From: an uncultured delta proteobacterium
GTDB taxonomy: Bacteria > Myxococcota > Kuafuiibacteriia > Kuafuiibacteriales > Kuafuiibacteriaceae
Length of the DNA: 64,000 nucleotides
Assembly: GCA_963803435.1 (NCBI GenBank)
Contig: CAWDML010000001.1
Coordinates: forward strand, 1,024,001-1,088,000
Direction of reading: 5' to 3'
Made by a program: the position numbers and the translations under genes. The notes beneath the pieces are model-generated. The model searched no databases and was not told where the DNA came from. It was given only the letters and a program-made list of their open reading frames with translations. The first letter of the stretch is position 1, and each line of letters begins with the position of its first letter. This document shows positions 30,227 to 40,860 of the stretch, one piece after another.

Positions 30227-30750
30227 GCGCACCGCCGCGGGATGGCCTCTCGACCGACGATCGGTTTCGAGCGGTGTACGAGGCGCACGCGCGCACGGTG
30301 CGGAGAGTGCTCCACCGGCTCGCGGCGCCGCGCGACCTCGACGACCTGGTGCAGATCACCTGGCTCAAGGTGTACGAGCGCATGGGCTCCCTTCGCGAGG
30401 ACGGCGCCGCCAAGACGTGGGTCTGTCGGATCGCCGTCAACGTCGCGAGGGATCGCTGGCGCGCCCGGAAGCGGGCGTCGTGGCTGCGATTCCTCGGCTG
30501 GGAGGAGGCTCCCGAGGCTCCTGATCCGAGCCCCGCGGCGGACGACCGGCTCGCTTCCAGCGAGAGGGTCCGGCGCGCGCTGGCGGCGCTGAGCCCCAAG
30601 CTTCGCGAGACCCTCGTGCTCTTCTCGATCGACCAGCTCGAGATTCGAGAGATTGCAACGATCCTCGAGATCCCCGAAGGTACGGTGAAGTCGCGTCTGA
30701 ATCAGGCGCGCGGGAAGCTTCGACTGCTCCTCGAAGGGGCCGAGCCATGA
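30223..30750 (+). CDS. ECF sigma-70 factor
   Basis: DDLVQITWLKVY, KTWVCRIAVN, EIATILEIPEGTVKSRL. ATGA overlaps on both sides. Confidence 0.92.
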   Translation: MSAPPRDGLSTDDRFRAVYEAHARTVRRVLHRLAAPRDLDDLVQITWLKVYERMGSLREDGAAKTWVCRIAVNVARDRWRARKRASWLRFLGWEEAPEAPDPSPAADDRLASSERVRRALAALSPKLRETLVLFSIDQLEIREIATILEIPEGTVKSRLNQARGKLRLLLEGAEP

Positions 30751-31067
30751 ACGATGATCTCCAGGACGATCTCGCGAAGAGGCTCGATGGCGCCCTGGGC
30801 GAGCCGCCCGACCCGCGGGAGGGAGAGCTGGCGCGGATCCTCGCTCGGGCGCGCGCGGACCGGCCGAGCCCGGCGCTCATCGTCGCCTTCGCCGCGAGCG
30901 TCCTCTTCGCCCTGTCGGTGATCCTCGTGTGCCAGCCCCGCGAGCGCCCCGTTCCGCGAAACGCGGACCCCTATCAGGCAGCGCTCGGGAGCCCGCACGA
31001 CGAGAGCCTCGCCGACTACGAAGCGCTCGCCCTCTATGCTCAGTCCCAGCGCGCGCGAGATCGTTGA
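30747..31067 (+). CDS. Putative single-pass anti-sigma factor
   Basis: 106 aa, central TM, translationally coupled to the ECF gene. Confidence 0.65.
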   Translation: MNDDLQDDLAKRLDGALGEPPDPREGELARILARARADRPSPALIVAFAASVLFALSVILVCQPRERPVPRNADPYQAALGSPHDESLADYEALALYAQSQRARDR

Positions 31068-31447
31068 AGCGCCCTGGCTGGTCGAGGCCGGCGGATCATC
31101 CTCCGGGTAGAACAGCGTGGGATCGACGTAACCGCGGCGCGTCCGGATGCTCCGGCGGCTCGATCTCGGGGCGAAGCGCCCGCGCCCGTTCTGGTCGGGC
31201 GAGCGGCAGGATCTGCCGAAGGAGATCGCGTTCAACCCGCGGCAGGGAAGCACCACGGGTTCTACGGCAACGGCCTCGCCCTGGACGCGATCGTGCTGTT
31301 GCTTCAATCGCGCTTCACGTCTTCATCGATCCAGACTCGCGGGATCGGCGACGGTTGGCAAGTCGTCGCCGCTCCCCGATCTCGGCTGTCTCGACCTGAT
31401 CCGCAATCCTCGAGGTACGAGAGCGGGCAGACGGGTAGAATGCCGGC

Positions 31448-31891
31448 ATCCGGATCACGACCTTTCTCCTCCTGCTCGCGTCCAGCGCCTGCGCCGACAC
31501 CGGCTACCTCGACGCGATCAGCTCGAACGCGCCGATCGGCGCGCACCTCGCCCGCCAGCAGCGAGCGCTCTGGCTGCTGCACGGGGCCCCCTGGCTCCTC
31601 TTCTTCGGCGCCGCCGCGATCGCGATCGTCATCGGCCTCGGCTGGGAGCGGTGGCGCGCGAAAAACCTTCGTCGCGCGATCCGACTCCTGCTGGTCGCGG
31701 CGATCGCGCTGCCGCTGCTCTTCACGCTGGCCCCGCTCTATCCGCTGTTCTTCGCCGTCGCGAGGCCGGAGCCGAGCGCCATCCGGAACGCGCTCGCCGA
31801 GTCACTGAACGGCCTCGCGCTCGGCGCGGTCCTGGACCTCGCCGGGCTCGGGCTGTTCTGGATCGGCCGGAGGCTGCGCCGGATCTCCTGA
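31448..31891 (+). CDS. Membrane lipoprotein-like gene with ATC in the start position (missed by the ORF track)
   Basis: [I/M]RITTFLLLLASSA-C lipobox, 3 TMs, ends …RRLRRIS*. TAGAAT -10 box 6 nt upstream. Confidence 0.5.
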   Translation: MRITTFLLLLASSACADTGYLDAISSNAPIGAHLARQQRALWLLHGAPWLLFFGAAAIAIVIGLGWERWRAKNLRRAIRLLLVAAIALPLLFTLAPLYPLFFAVARPEPSAIRNALAESLNGLALGAVLDLAGLGLFWIGRRLRRIS

Positions 31892-31998
31892 GCGCTGCGT
31901 CTCGGCCGTTCGAGCTCACCACCGAAGCACCGAGGCACGCACGATCAAAGACGCTTCGGACGCGCAACGGCGAGGCCACCCGCTCGACACGGCGTTGA

Positions 31999-34167
31999 CC
32001 GGATCGCCCGCGGCGGCGCCGTCTGATCCTGCTGGACAACTTCGAGCAGCTCATGCCGGAGGGCGCGCGAGCGGTACAGCGCTGGCTCGACACTGGAGCG
32101 GACACCTCGATCCTCGTCACCTCGCGCCAGCCTCTCGGGCTCTCGCTGGAGGTCCGTCTCGAGCTCTCGCCCCTCGACGAAGAGGCCGGCGCCGCGTTGT
32201 TCGAGGCGAAGAGCGCGGCGTTCGCTGTTCCGATGCTCGAGACCGAACGCGCCACCCTTCGCGAGATCGTACGACGCCTCGACGGACTCCCGCTGGCGAT
32301 CGAGCTGGCGGCGGCCCGCACTCCGCTCCTTTCTCCCCGGGAGATCCTCGACCGACTGGATGACCGACTGGGGCTCCTGGCGTACGGCCCGCGCGACCTC
32401 CCCGCGCGGCAGTCGACGCTGCGCGGCGCGATCGACTGGTCGTGGCAGCTGCTCGACGAAGCGGAGCGCGAGGTCTTCCGGAAGAGCGCCGCGTTCAGGG
32501 GGCCTATCACCCTCGCGGCGTTCGAGTCGGTGATCGGCCCCCCAGCCACGCTCGAGGTGCTGCAGGCGCTGAGAGAGAAGTCGTTCTTCCGCCGCTCGGG
32601 CCAGCCGGCCCTGCGCCATTTCGAGTCCGTGCGCGAGTACGGCGAAGAGAAGCTGATCGAGTCCGGGCAGGCAGAGGACGTCTTTCGCGATCACGCGCAG
32701 TACTTCGTCGATCGGGCGGAGGCCTTCGCAGAGCGCCTCACGGGACCTGAAGGCCGCGCCGCCCAGGACGCGCTGGAGGCGGACCTCGACGATCTGATCG
32801 CGGTGCACCAGAGGTTTCGGCGCAGTGACCCTGGGCTCGCGGCGCGCGCGCTCCTGCACGCGCTCTCGCTGGTCGTGCTGCGAGGACCGTACCCGCACCA
32901 GCTCGAGATGGTGGATCGGGCGATCGAATGCGCCCGTCGGTCTGGTGACGAGACCCTGATCGGTCGGGCCTATCTGGCGCGCGGCGAGGCCCTGACCCTG
33001 CGGCGCCGCCACGCGGAGGCGTCACGCGCTCTCGAGACTGCGCTCCGGTTCACCGTCGACCCTCGCGACCGCGCCGGCGCGCTCAGGTGGCTCGGGATCA
33101 TCGCCCGCGAGGAGGGCGAATCCGAGGCCGAGCAACATTTCTCCGAAGCGCTGGCGCTCGCGCGGTCGGTGGGAGATCGCGCGCTCGAAGCACGGTGCCT
33201 CAGCCACCTCGGGACGCTCCGCCGCCTCCAGCGTCGCGAGGAGGAGGCGCTCGCTCTATACGGCGCCGCGCTGGAGCTGATGCGGAAGCTCCAGAACGTC
33301 TCCGGTCGGCTCGTGGTGCTCGGGAACATCGGCCACCTTCACCTGTCCGCGGGACGCCTCGAGGAGGCCGCAGCTTCCTATCGCGAGGCGCTCGAGACTC
33401 ACCCGGATCGGTCGGATCGACGCGCGGAGGCGACGCTTCGCCATCACCTCGCCCTCGTCGAGGCCCGACTCGATGGGGTGAGCGCAGCCGGTCGCCTGGC
33501 GCGGCAGGCGCTGGCCGTGTTCGAGGAGCTGGAGGACACGCCGATGCGAGCGATCACGCATGCCGAGCTGGCCGCGATCTCCGCGATGGACTCCGATCTC
33601 GACGGTGCGCGCGCCTGGATGAACCGCGCGCGCGCCTCGCTCCTCGAAGGCGAGGCGTGCCGCTGGGCACCGGTCGTCGAGGCGCTGGCAGCGTTCGTCG
33701 ATCTGGCCGCCGGTGACGTGACCGCTGCGAGAGCTGCCCTCGAGACGGCCCGTCATCGAGCGAGCGCGATCGACATCTGCGCGCACCAGCTCGCCAACGT
33801 GGTGCCGTGGCTCGAACGGGCGCTCGAGGAGCGCACGTGCGCTCGGATTACGATCGCCCCCGATGGGAGCTGGTTCGCCATCGACGACGGGACGCGCGTC
33901 GACCTCTCGCGGCGTCCGGTGCTGGCCCGCGTCGTGTGCTGTCTGCTGGAGGCGAGGCTGCGCGAGCCACAGCGGTTCGTGAGCGCGGACGATCTTCTCG
34001 CGCACGCCTGGGGTGGAGAGAAGATGCGACGCCAGTCGGGTCAGGCGCGCGTCTACACCGCGATCAAGACGCTCCGGAGGATCGGCCTCGAAGCCGTACT
34101 GATCACTCGCGAAGACGGCTATGCCCTCGACCCGAACGTCGCCCTGATCCGGGCTGAGATCGCCTGA
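31999..34167 (+). pseudogene. N-terminally truncated STAND-type ATPase-TPR-wHTH regulator
   Basis: Begins at Walker B (LILLDNFEQL) straight after an in-frame stop, with no Walker A. LDGLPLAIELAAAR, RQSTLRGAIDWSW, TPRs, C-terminal wHTH (LLAHAWGG…VYTAIKTLRR). Confidence 0.75.
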
Positions 34168-34233
34168 GATCTCGCCCGCCCCGATTGCTCGACCTCGGCT
34201 GCAGCTCGTATCCCGGGCGGCGGAGGAATCGAG

Positions 34234-35403
34234 ATGAGACGACCACTCTGGCTGTTGTGTGTGTTCCTGTTCTTCGGGTGCGGCGGCGAAGAGCCGCGGT
34301 CCACGTCCTCTTCAGAGCTCCGCGGGGTCCGGAACGACGCGATTCGTGAGGCGAGCGCGGAGTACGACCTGCCGGAGGCGTTGCTCATGGCCCTCGGCTA
34401 TCAGCAGGGGCGGTTCGAGCCCGCACCCTCCCCGCTCAGCGTGCCGGAGGGGGAGGAGGAGCCGCAGCTCGAGCCGCCGGACGATCCGACGGAGCCCCAG
34501 CCACCGATCGAAGCGGACGGGGCGGAGTACGACCTGATGGAGGACGCGAGGCCCGAGGAGGCGCCGGAGGAGTGGAAGCCGGATCCCTCCGAGCCGGCCG
34601 ACACCGCCTCCGCGGAGCTCGAGCAGGTGGCTTACGGCATCATGTTCCTCACGCCGGAGCAGGTCCGCCTCGGTGCCGAGCTCACCGGGTGGAGCGAACC
34701 GGCCATCCAGACCGAGATCGAAGCGAACATCGACGCGGCCGCGGCGATCCTCCTCGACATGTGGCAGCACCCCGGCGGTGACCTCGAGCCGCGATCCGAC
34801 GAGGCGCTCGACGCGGCGTTGGTTCGCTTCGTCGGCTTCAGCGACCTGGAGGACGACGCCGCACAGCTGGTGCTGGAGGATCTGCAGAGAGTACTGGAGT
34901 CCGGCTTCGATCTGACGACGGAAGACGGCGAGCGCTTGAGGCTCGAGGGATCGAACCCGCAGTCCCGCCAGAGCCTCGCCGCCGGCGACTATCCGCCCGT
35001 CTCATTCATCTCGAGCCCGAACCAGAGCAGCCGCAACGGCGCTGCCATTCACTTCGTCATCATCCACGACATCGAGGGTACGCGGCCTGGTGCGATCAGC
35101 GCGTTCCGCTCCACGAGCCGCCAGGCGTCGGCGCACTACTTCACGGCCGCCGGGAGCGGCACCGTGGTGCAGATGGTGTCGGAGTCGCGAACGGCCTGGC
35201 ACTGCGGCAACGGCTACTACAACGCGACGTCGATCGGGATCGAGCACGAGGGCTTCGCGGATCGTCCGAATGGGGGCGGCTACTACAGCCAACAGTACGC
35301 GATCTCGACCTGCTCACCCATGGGACCCGGTACGAAGAGCAGGGCCATCGACACCCCGACGACTCGATGGAGGAACAACGACTACGCCTTCACACGAGGC
35401 TGA
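34234..35403 (+). pseudogene. Lipoprotein N-acetylmuramoyl-L-alanine amidase (Amidase_2), 3'-truncated
   Basis: FFG-C lipobox, IIHDIEG, ASAHY, AWHCGN, SIGIEHEG. The final His/Asp Zn-ligand motif is absent and the sequence after YYSQQY is replaced by an IS remnant. Confidence 0.75.
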
Positions 35404-35450
35404 TCGAGGCGATGGGATACCGCGTGACCCTTGAACCTCGAACCGCGTAA
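35304..35450 (+). mobile_element. IS110-family transposase C-terminal remnant
   Basis: LDLLTHGTRYEEQG…RLIEAMGYRVTLEPRTA* resembles the IS110 tail (LEALGYRVTLEP). Confidence 0.55.
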
Positions 35451-35849
35451 CCCGCGGTAACATCCAGCGCTGAATTCCTGAGCTCCGCGCTCCGAGCGCA
35501 CTCCTCTGCCTACTGCCACCGGATGCTTTCGTGGGACGTCCAAGCGGATCTGAGCTCCGTCTCCGCGCCGTAGCGGGTGTCGAGTTGTCGCTGGGTCGAC
35601 CAACCTTGGAGGTCGGGCTCCCGCGAGCGAGGCGTCGAAGCCGGGAGGTGCCCCAGCCGATAGGGCGGGCCGACCAGCGACGGGCGCACGCCTCCCGGCG
35701 ACGGTGGTGGTCGTCGTTGAACGGATGGGCGCTGACCGCGAGGTTTGCTACGCCATCGCGAGCAGCAACCCGAGCCGGGCCGGAGCGCTCGCGATACGGA
35801 ACGGCTTGGGCGGGGATGAGGGATCGATCCCCGAACCATACGCGCTGCA

Positions 35850-36390
35850 CGCCTACCCGGCCGGCGGGGACGACCGCGGGACGAAGCTCGGCGGCCGGTG
35901 CCAATACGCCGGAGTATCGGATCTGATCTCGCGGCATTCACCCCATCCTGGGGATCGCACGAGCCAGGCGAGGCGGCGCATCAAGGCCAGCGGGTGAAGC
36001 TCGATGGATCGCTGACCCGATCGGGTTGGGCTCCGGAACGTGAGACGGACGCGCTCCTCCTCGATCAGCTCGAGTTGCTCTTCAGCAACAGGAGGGCGCA
36101 TCACGTACCGGCACCAGCGCTCTCGGCCCGCGTTGTCCTCTGGCTGTCCACCAGTCGTCGTCGTCGGCCTTGCCTTCGGTGGCTCGTCTTCGAGGAAGCC
36201 GTGCCGCTTCAGCCGTCGCGTGAAACGCTGCTCGACGCCGTCTTCGAGCTCACGAAGGGGCTCGGTCCGGGCGGCTCGTCCTCCACGAACTCGAGCGTTC
36301 CGTCGTCGCGCGCGACGTAGCCGCCGTCCAGCACCAGAACGTGAAGGTGTGGATAGACCGTGAGCGCCTTGTTGAAGCGCTGAAAGACCC
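35850..36390 (-). mobile_element. IS91/ISCR-family (HUH Y2) transposase remnant
   Basis: FQRFNKALTVYPHLHVLVLDG (HUH), ERWCRYVMRPPVA, LALMRRLAWLV and IRYSGVLAPAA, spread over several frames. Confidence 0.8.
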
Positions 36391-36432
36391 GCGAAGGCTT
36401 GGTTCGTGTCCCAGACCGACGACGACACCAGC

Positions 36433-36936
36433 TCAGTGGGGCAGGTACGGCTGAAGCAGCGTCCAGTCGATGTCGCGCTCACGATCGAGGGGGTCCGGGA
36501 GCATGCTCGTCTTTCAATCGGGATCCAGGAGCTGAAGCATCCCCACGTAAGCTCGACGGATGACGGACGGCGCGGGATCGGCCTGCACCGCGCGGGCGAG
36601 AGCTCGGAGGATCGAGTCGCGGCTCTCGCCGGTGTAGCGGGCGTAGCCGGCGAGGGCGAAGGCGGCCGTTCCGCGCGCGGACTCCTCTGGGTCACCGGCG
36701 AGCATCGCGAAGGCCTTGGGCAGGTACGCCTCTAGGCCCCAGAACATGACCAGCGCCGAGATGGCCTGGGCTCGAAGGCCCTCCCATTCGTGGTCGAGGA
36801 GGCGGGCGACGTCCGCTTCGAGGTGGCGGAGATCGTCCGCTGCGACGTTGCGGACCGCAGCGGCGCGCGGGCCCCAGGGCGCGGCGTCGTCCTGGAGGAG
36901 TCGTTCGTCTTCGGGCGTGGACTTTCGCTGTGACAT
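36433..36936 (-). CDS. HEAT-repeat immunity protein with internal TGA at 36514-36516
   Basis: TGATG coupling to the toxin stop and HEAT helices (LRAQAISALV, ARGTAAFALAG). The frame continues after the TGA to …DIDWTLLQPYLPH* at 36433. Confidence 0.65.
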
Positions 36937-38492
36937 CACCGGATCTCCAGGAAGGCGCCGACGCGGCGGATGAAGTCGGAGATCGCATCGATGTCTTTCG
37001 AGAGTCCAGCGATCTCGTCGACAGGACGGCGGGCGAGGTCTCGAGTGAGCGATCCTCTCGCGTCTTCGAGGGAGTTGAGCGCGTCGCTGGCCTCCTGGAG
37101 GTGCTGCCACGCCCGGCCGTCGCCCGATCTTCGGACCGGGATCCCGAGCTGGTCTCGCAGCGCCCCAATCATCTCCTCCGGCTTCAGGTTGTTCTCGAGG
37201 GCCCTCCGCGCGCTCTCGAGCGCCGCTCGAGCACGCTGCGAGAGCCGCGGATCCTCCAGCAGCCGATCGAACCGCTGCAGCATTCGCTTCCGCTCGGCCG
37301 CCAGCTTCGGCAGCTCACGCCTCGCCTGCGTCGCGCCGTCCTCGGAGAGCCGGCGTCCGGCACGCTTCAGCGCGGCCTTGGTGGTGTCGCTCAGCTCGAC
37401 CGTATCGAGGAGCTCCGCGGCCGCCCCCGGCCCCAGCACGAACGCACCGCCGAGCGCGCCTCCTGCGGCTGCGACGTCCGCGAGTTCGAGGTTCCAGCGC
37501 AGCTCGAGGACCACCTCGAGCGAGAGGCAGCGGACCGTCCCGCTGATCCGTGCGCCGGCGGCTGCGCTCCGGATGGCGGTCGTGGCCGAAGATCCGGCGC
37601 TATTCAGCGACAAGAGCGTGGTCGCGATCTGGCTGATGACCCGCAGCTGATCTCCGCCGGGCATCGCGCGGAAGCGCTCCCAGAGCTCCGGGCTGTTCAC
37701 CATGATCTGGGTGATGGCGGACGGAAGCTGGGCGAGGTCCCTGAACGCTCGCACCGGATCGTGGATGAGACCGCCCACGCCCATCGCGAAGGCGACGAGC
37801 GTGTCCTCCGCGCCGTCGAGGACCTGATTGACCGCGTCGTGCTCGAGCGCGAGCTCGTGGACGATGCCCTTCAAAGGATCGATCTCGAGCGACTCGTCAA
37901 GCTCTCGGAGACAGCCGCAATCCGACGCGTAGAACCTCCCGACGTCGAGCCGGCCGGCCTTGAGCCGATCGTCCTCGAGCTTCACTTCCCCGGCCTTCTC
38001 GACCGCCTTTCCCGAGATCGCCCAGGCGAGATAGCCGTCCGGCCGGACGATCATCAGTCGCTCGTGCATGCCGATCAGCTTCTGTACGTCTTCGCCTGTG
38101 GCGGGACGCTCTCCGCCTGCGATGCGCCCGAGCACGCTGAGCGTCGTGGCCCGCGGGCCGAACGCAGCGAGCGATACAGGCCCGCTCAGCAAGTGGAGCG
38201 CCATCGCGGCGGCCTCTTCGGGTGACGCGCCGGAAAGCACCAGCCGAGCGGCGTCGCCCTCAGACAGCCCTGCGCGAACCAGCGTGCGCGCGAACGGGCG
38301 GAGCTCATCCGGTAGCTCCTCGATCGGCGACGCGAGCGCGGATTGATCGACTGCCACGTCCGACGTCCGCGTGAAGGCATTGACCAGATGCGGCTCGGAG
38401 AAGTCCGGGTCGAAGGGCTCAGCCTCCAAGTCTTGGGCGCGAGCCGGAGGTGGGTACGCCGCCGCTGCGATCGCGTCGATGCGGGTGGACAC
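36936..38492 (-). CDS. Polymorphic toxin with myxobacterial N-terminal domain and C-terminal Ntox28 (tRNase-like) domain
   Basis: N-terminal VRPDGYLAWAISG…GRFY. C-terminal NNLKPEEMIGALRDQLGIPVRRSGDGRAWQHLQEASDAL matches the Ntox28 D…P…WxHxQE pattern. Confidence 0.75.
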   Translation of the reverse strand: MSTRIDAIAAAAYPPPARAQDLEAEPFDPDFSEPHLVNAFTRTSDVAVDQSALASPIEELPDELRPFARTLVRAGLSEGDAARLVLSGASPEEAAAMALHLLSGPVSLAAFGPRATTLSVLGRIAGGERPATGEDVQKLIGMHERLMIVRPDGYLAWAISGKAVEKAGEVKLEDDRLKAGRLDVGRFYASDCGCLRELDESLEIDPLKGIVHELALEHDAVNQVLDGAEDTLVAFAMGVGGLIHDPVRAFRDLAQLPSAITQIMVNSPELWERFRAMPGGDQLRVISQIATTLLSLNSAGSSATTAIRSAAAGARISGTVRCLSLEVVLELRWNLELADVAAAGGALGGAFVLGPGAAAELLDTVELSDTTKAALKRAGRRLSEDGATQARRELPKLAAERKRMLQRFDRLLEDPRLSQRARAALESARRALENNLKPEEMIGALRDQLGIPVRRSGDGRAWQHLQEASDALNSLEDARGSLTRDLARRPVDEIAGLSKDIDAISDFIRRVGAFLEIR

Positions 38493-38504
38493 ACGGAGTG
38501 GTTC

Positions 38505-38520
38505 AGCATCTCACGTGCCA
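38505..38520 (-). promoter_or_regulatory. Sigma-54 (-24/-12) promoter of the toxin gene
   Basis: TGGCACGTGAGATGCT with GG-N10-GC spacing, 12 nt before GTG 38492. Confidence 0.55.
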
Positions 38521-39341
38521 TGTGGAGGTGGTTCGCAGGCCGCGCATTCGTCCGGGCCTCGTCCGGCCGCACCTGACATCGACCGGACGAATCCGGACGA
38601 TCGGGCGCGCGTGTGATCGACCATCGGCGGAGCGACGCACCGTCATGCATGCGGGTCGATCTCGTGATCGCATCGGATCGCCATGACCCCCTGTGATCGC
38701 CGTCCGCAACGACTTCGACCTTGCGACCGCGCGACCCGTCGTGGGATGGGCCCTCATGCTCCGGTCACTGGCCTTCCTCGCCGTCGCCTCGGATGCACCT
38801 GTGGCTACTCTCGGGACCAGCTCTGCACCACCGAGGGCACCGCGCGCGCGCGAGCCCGGTGAGCTCGCCGCCCCCTCCGCACGGATGATCCACCCGATGC
38901 GGCTCGATCCGAACCAGACCGGCGTCCTGCTGCTGTGGCCCGAGGCCGCGGAGGCGCGCGAGTCGATCGAGGGGCTGTACCCGTCGCGGATCGATCCCGG
39001 CTGCGATCTACGCACTCGCCAGCCGCCGCTCGAACGCGCTGCGGCTGCTTGAGCGCCAGGCGCAGATACATCCGCGCAACAAGGCGCTGATACGTCTTCA
39101 GCGCGCCTACGAGTGACGGCCTCCACGACCTCGTACTCCTGGTCGGCGGTCCCGACCAGCGAGAGTCGCTCGATGCCACGCCCGACGCCGAAGCGCCGGA
39201 CACCCTTTACGCCGACGCTCCGCCGACCCGATCCACGGCCGTGAGCGACCGCCAGCCGGAGCCGCGTCGATCGGTGATCGCAGCGCCCTTCGTTCCGTCC
39301 GGTGAAGTGAACCACCACGCGATCGGTTGGGTGGTCAGCGC

Positions 39342-39644
39342 GGGACGCCTTCCCGCTGGGATCGTTTCCTCGAGGGGCTGAAGCCCTTCTCGGACATCGG
39401 CTGCGTCCAGTGCCACACCGGCGCATACCTCGGCGGATCACGGAGCGTACGAGGTCACGCAGCTCAAGGTGCCGAGCCTTGGCAACATCGCGATGACGGC
39501 GCCCTATTCGCACGACGGCTCGTGAGCACGCTCTCGGAGGCGGTTCAGATGATGGCCAAGCACCAGATCGGCGTGGAGCTCACGGCGGACGAGACGACCT
39601 CGATCGTCGTCTGGCTCGGCTGTCTCAGGAGGCACGCTTCCTGA
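39342..39644 (+). pseudogene. Cytochrome c peroxidase C-terminal fragment
   Basis: TPSRWDRFLEG, CVQCH, KVPSL.NIAMTAPYSHDG (frameshifted), LSEAVQMMAKHQIG. Confidence 0.8.
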
Positions 39645-39709
39645 CGCTGGGTGAAAGCCCGCTCGCTCGAGCCCCGCAACTTCTCGACCGACCCCGGGTT
39701 CCAGCTGGG

Positions 39710-40775
39710 GTGAGACCTTGGCTCATCCTGGCGATCTCGGCGCTCCTGAGCTGCTCCGCGCCCGCGCGCTCGCGTCCGGACGCAAGCGAACCTGACGACG
39801 CGGCAGCCGCCGACACCGGAGCGCCTTCGCAGGACGCCGGTGCGCCCCAGGACGCCGGTGCACCGCAGGACGGAGGTGCGCCGCAGGACGCCGGTCTCAC
39901 GCCCTGCCCCACCTCCGGACCCGGAGCGATCGCGGCGTCCGGCGGCTGCGTCGTCTTCACGGCGATCGAGGCCGGCGCTGGACGCGCCGGCGCCAACGCG
40001 AGCGACCTCGAGTACGCGCTCGAGCCGGCCGCAGCCCCTGCGGGCGGGCTCGTGGTGTTTCTCAACGCCAGCCTCTCCGACCCCGGTCGCCAGATTGCGG
40101 AATCCGACGCGCAACTTCTACAACGCCGCAGCCCAGGTCGGCCTGCACGTGCTCGCCCTCGCTTACGAGAGCTCGCTGGTCGTCGGTGTCACCTGCTCCA
40201 ACGATGGACCGTGCTTCGAGCTCGTGCGCAGGAGCATCGTCGAGGGCGTCCCCGCGCCCGGTGCACCGCCGGCGGTCGCGAGCATCGAGCTCGACGAGGG
40301 TGTGATCGGCCGCCTCGACTCGGCGCTGCGACTCCTGGCGACCGCGCGCCCAGGGCTCGGCTGGGAGCAGTTCTTCGCCGATCCAGCGGCCGCCACGCCG
40401 GAGACGCGCATCGACTGGTCGAAGCTGATCGCAGCCGGCCACTCTCAGGGGGGCGGCCACGCCGCGTTCCTCGGCAAGCTCTATCCGCTGCGCCGGGTCG
40501 TTCAGCTCTCCTCCACCTGCGACGCAGTCGCGGGCGCTCCGGCACCCTGGACCATGGCGGACGCCTCGTGGGCCACCTCGCCCGCGTCGAGCTACGTCGG
40601 CTTCGCCACGGCCGGCGACGCAATCTGTCCCGATCACGTCTTGGTCTGGCAGGCGATGGGGCTCGATCCGACGCGCGAGCTCGACGACGCAGACACCTGC
40701 GGTCGCGCAGCGCACGGAGGCTCGATCCTCTGTCCGGACAACTATGAACGGTGGCGGGCGCTGTTCGCCGACTGA
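39710..40775 (+). CDS. Lipoprotein alpha/beta hydrolase (BPSS1187-like), +1 frameshift at about 40101
   Basis: LLS-C lipobox, QDAGAP linker, GHSQGGGHAA nucleophile elbow. Frames join on GAATC(40100-40104)->GATC. Confidence 0.7.
39830..39895 (+). repeat. 18-bp tandem repeat x4 encoding QDAGAP
   Basis: caggacgccggtgcgccc / caggacgccggtgcaccg / caggacggaggtgcgccg / caggacgccggt. Confidence 0.85.
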
Positions 40776-40860
40776 GCGCCTGCGCGGAGGAGCGCCGTGC
40801 GACGATATGACGCACGAGGCGAGCCTTGAGACGATCGCCCGTAGAGCGTAGCCGATCGAT

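Noticed and set aside
36514-36516. Selenocysteine read-through of the immunity TGA
   Set aside because: No redox context or evident SECIS hairpin; a Trp codon change is simpler.
38693-39200. Short ORF pieces upstream of the peroxidase fragment
   Set aside because: Broken frames with no recognisable motif.
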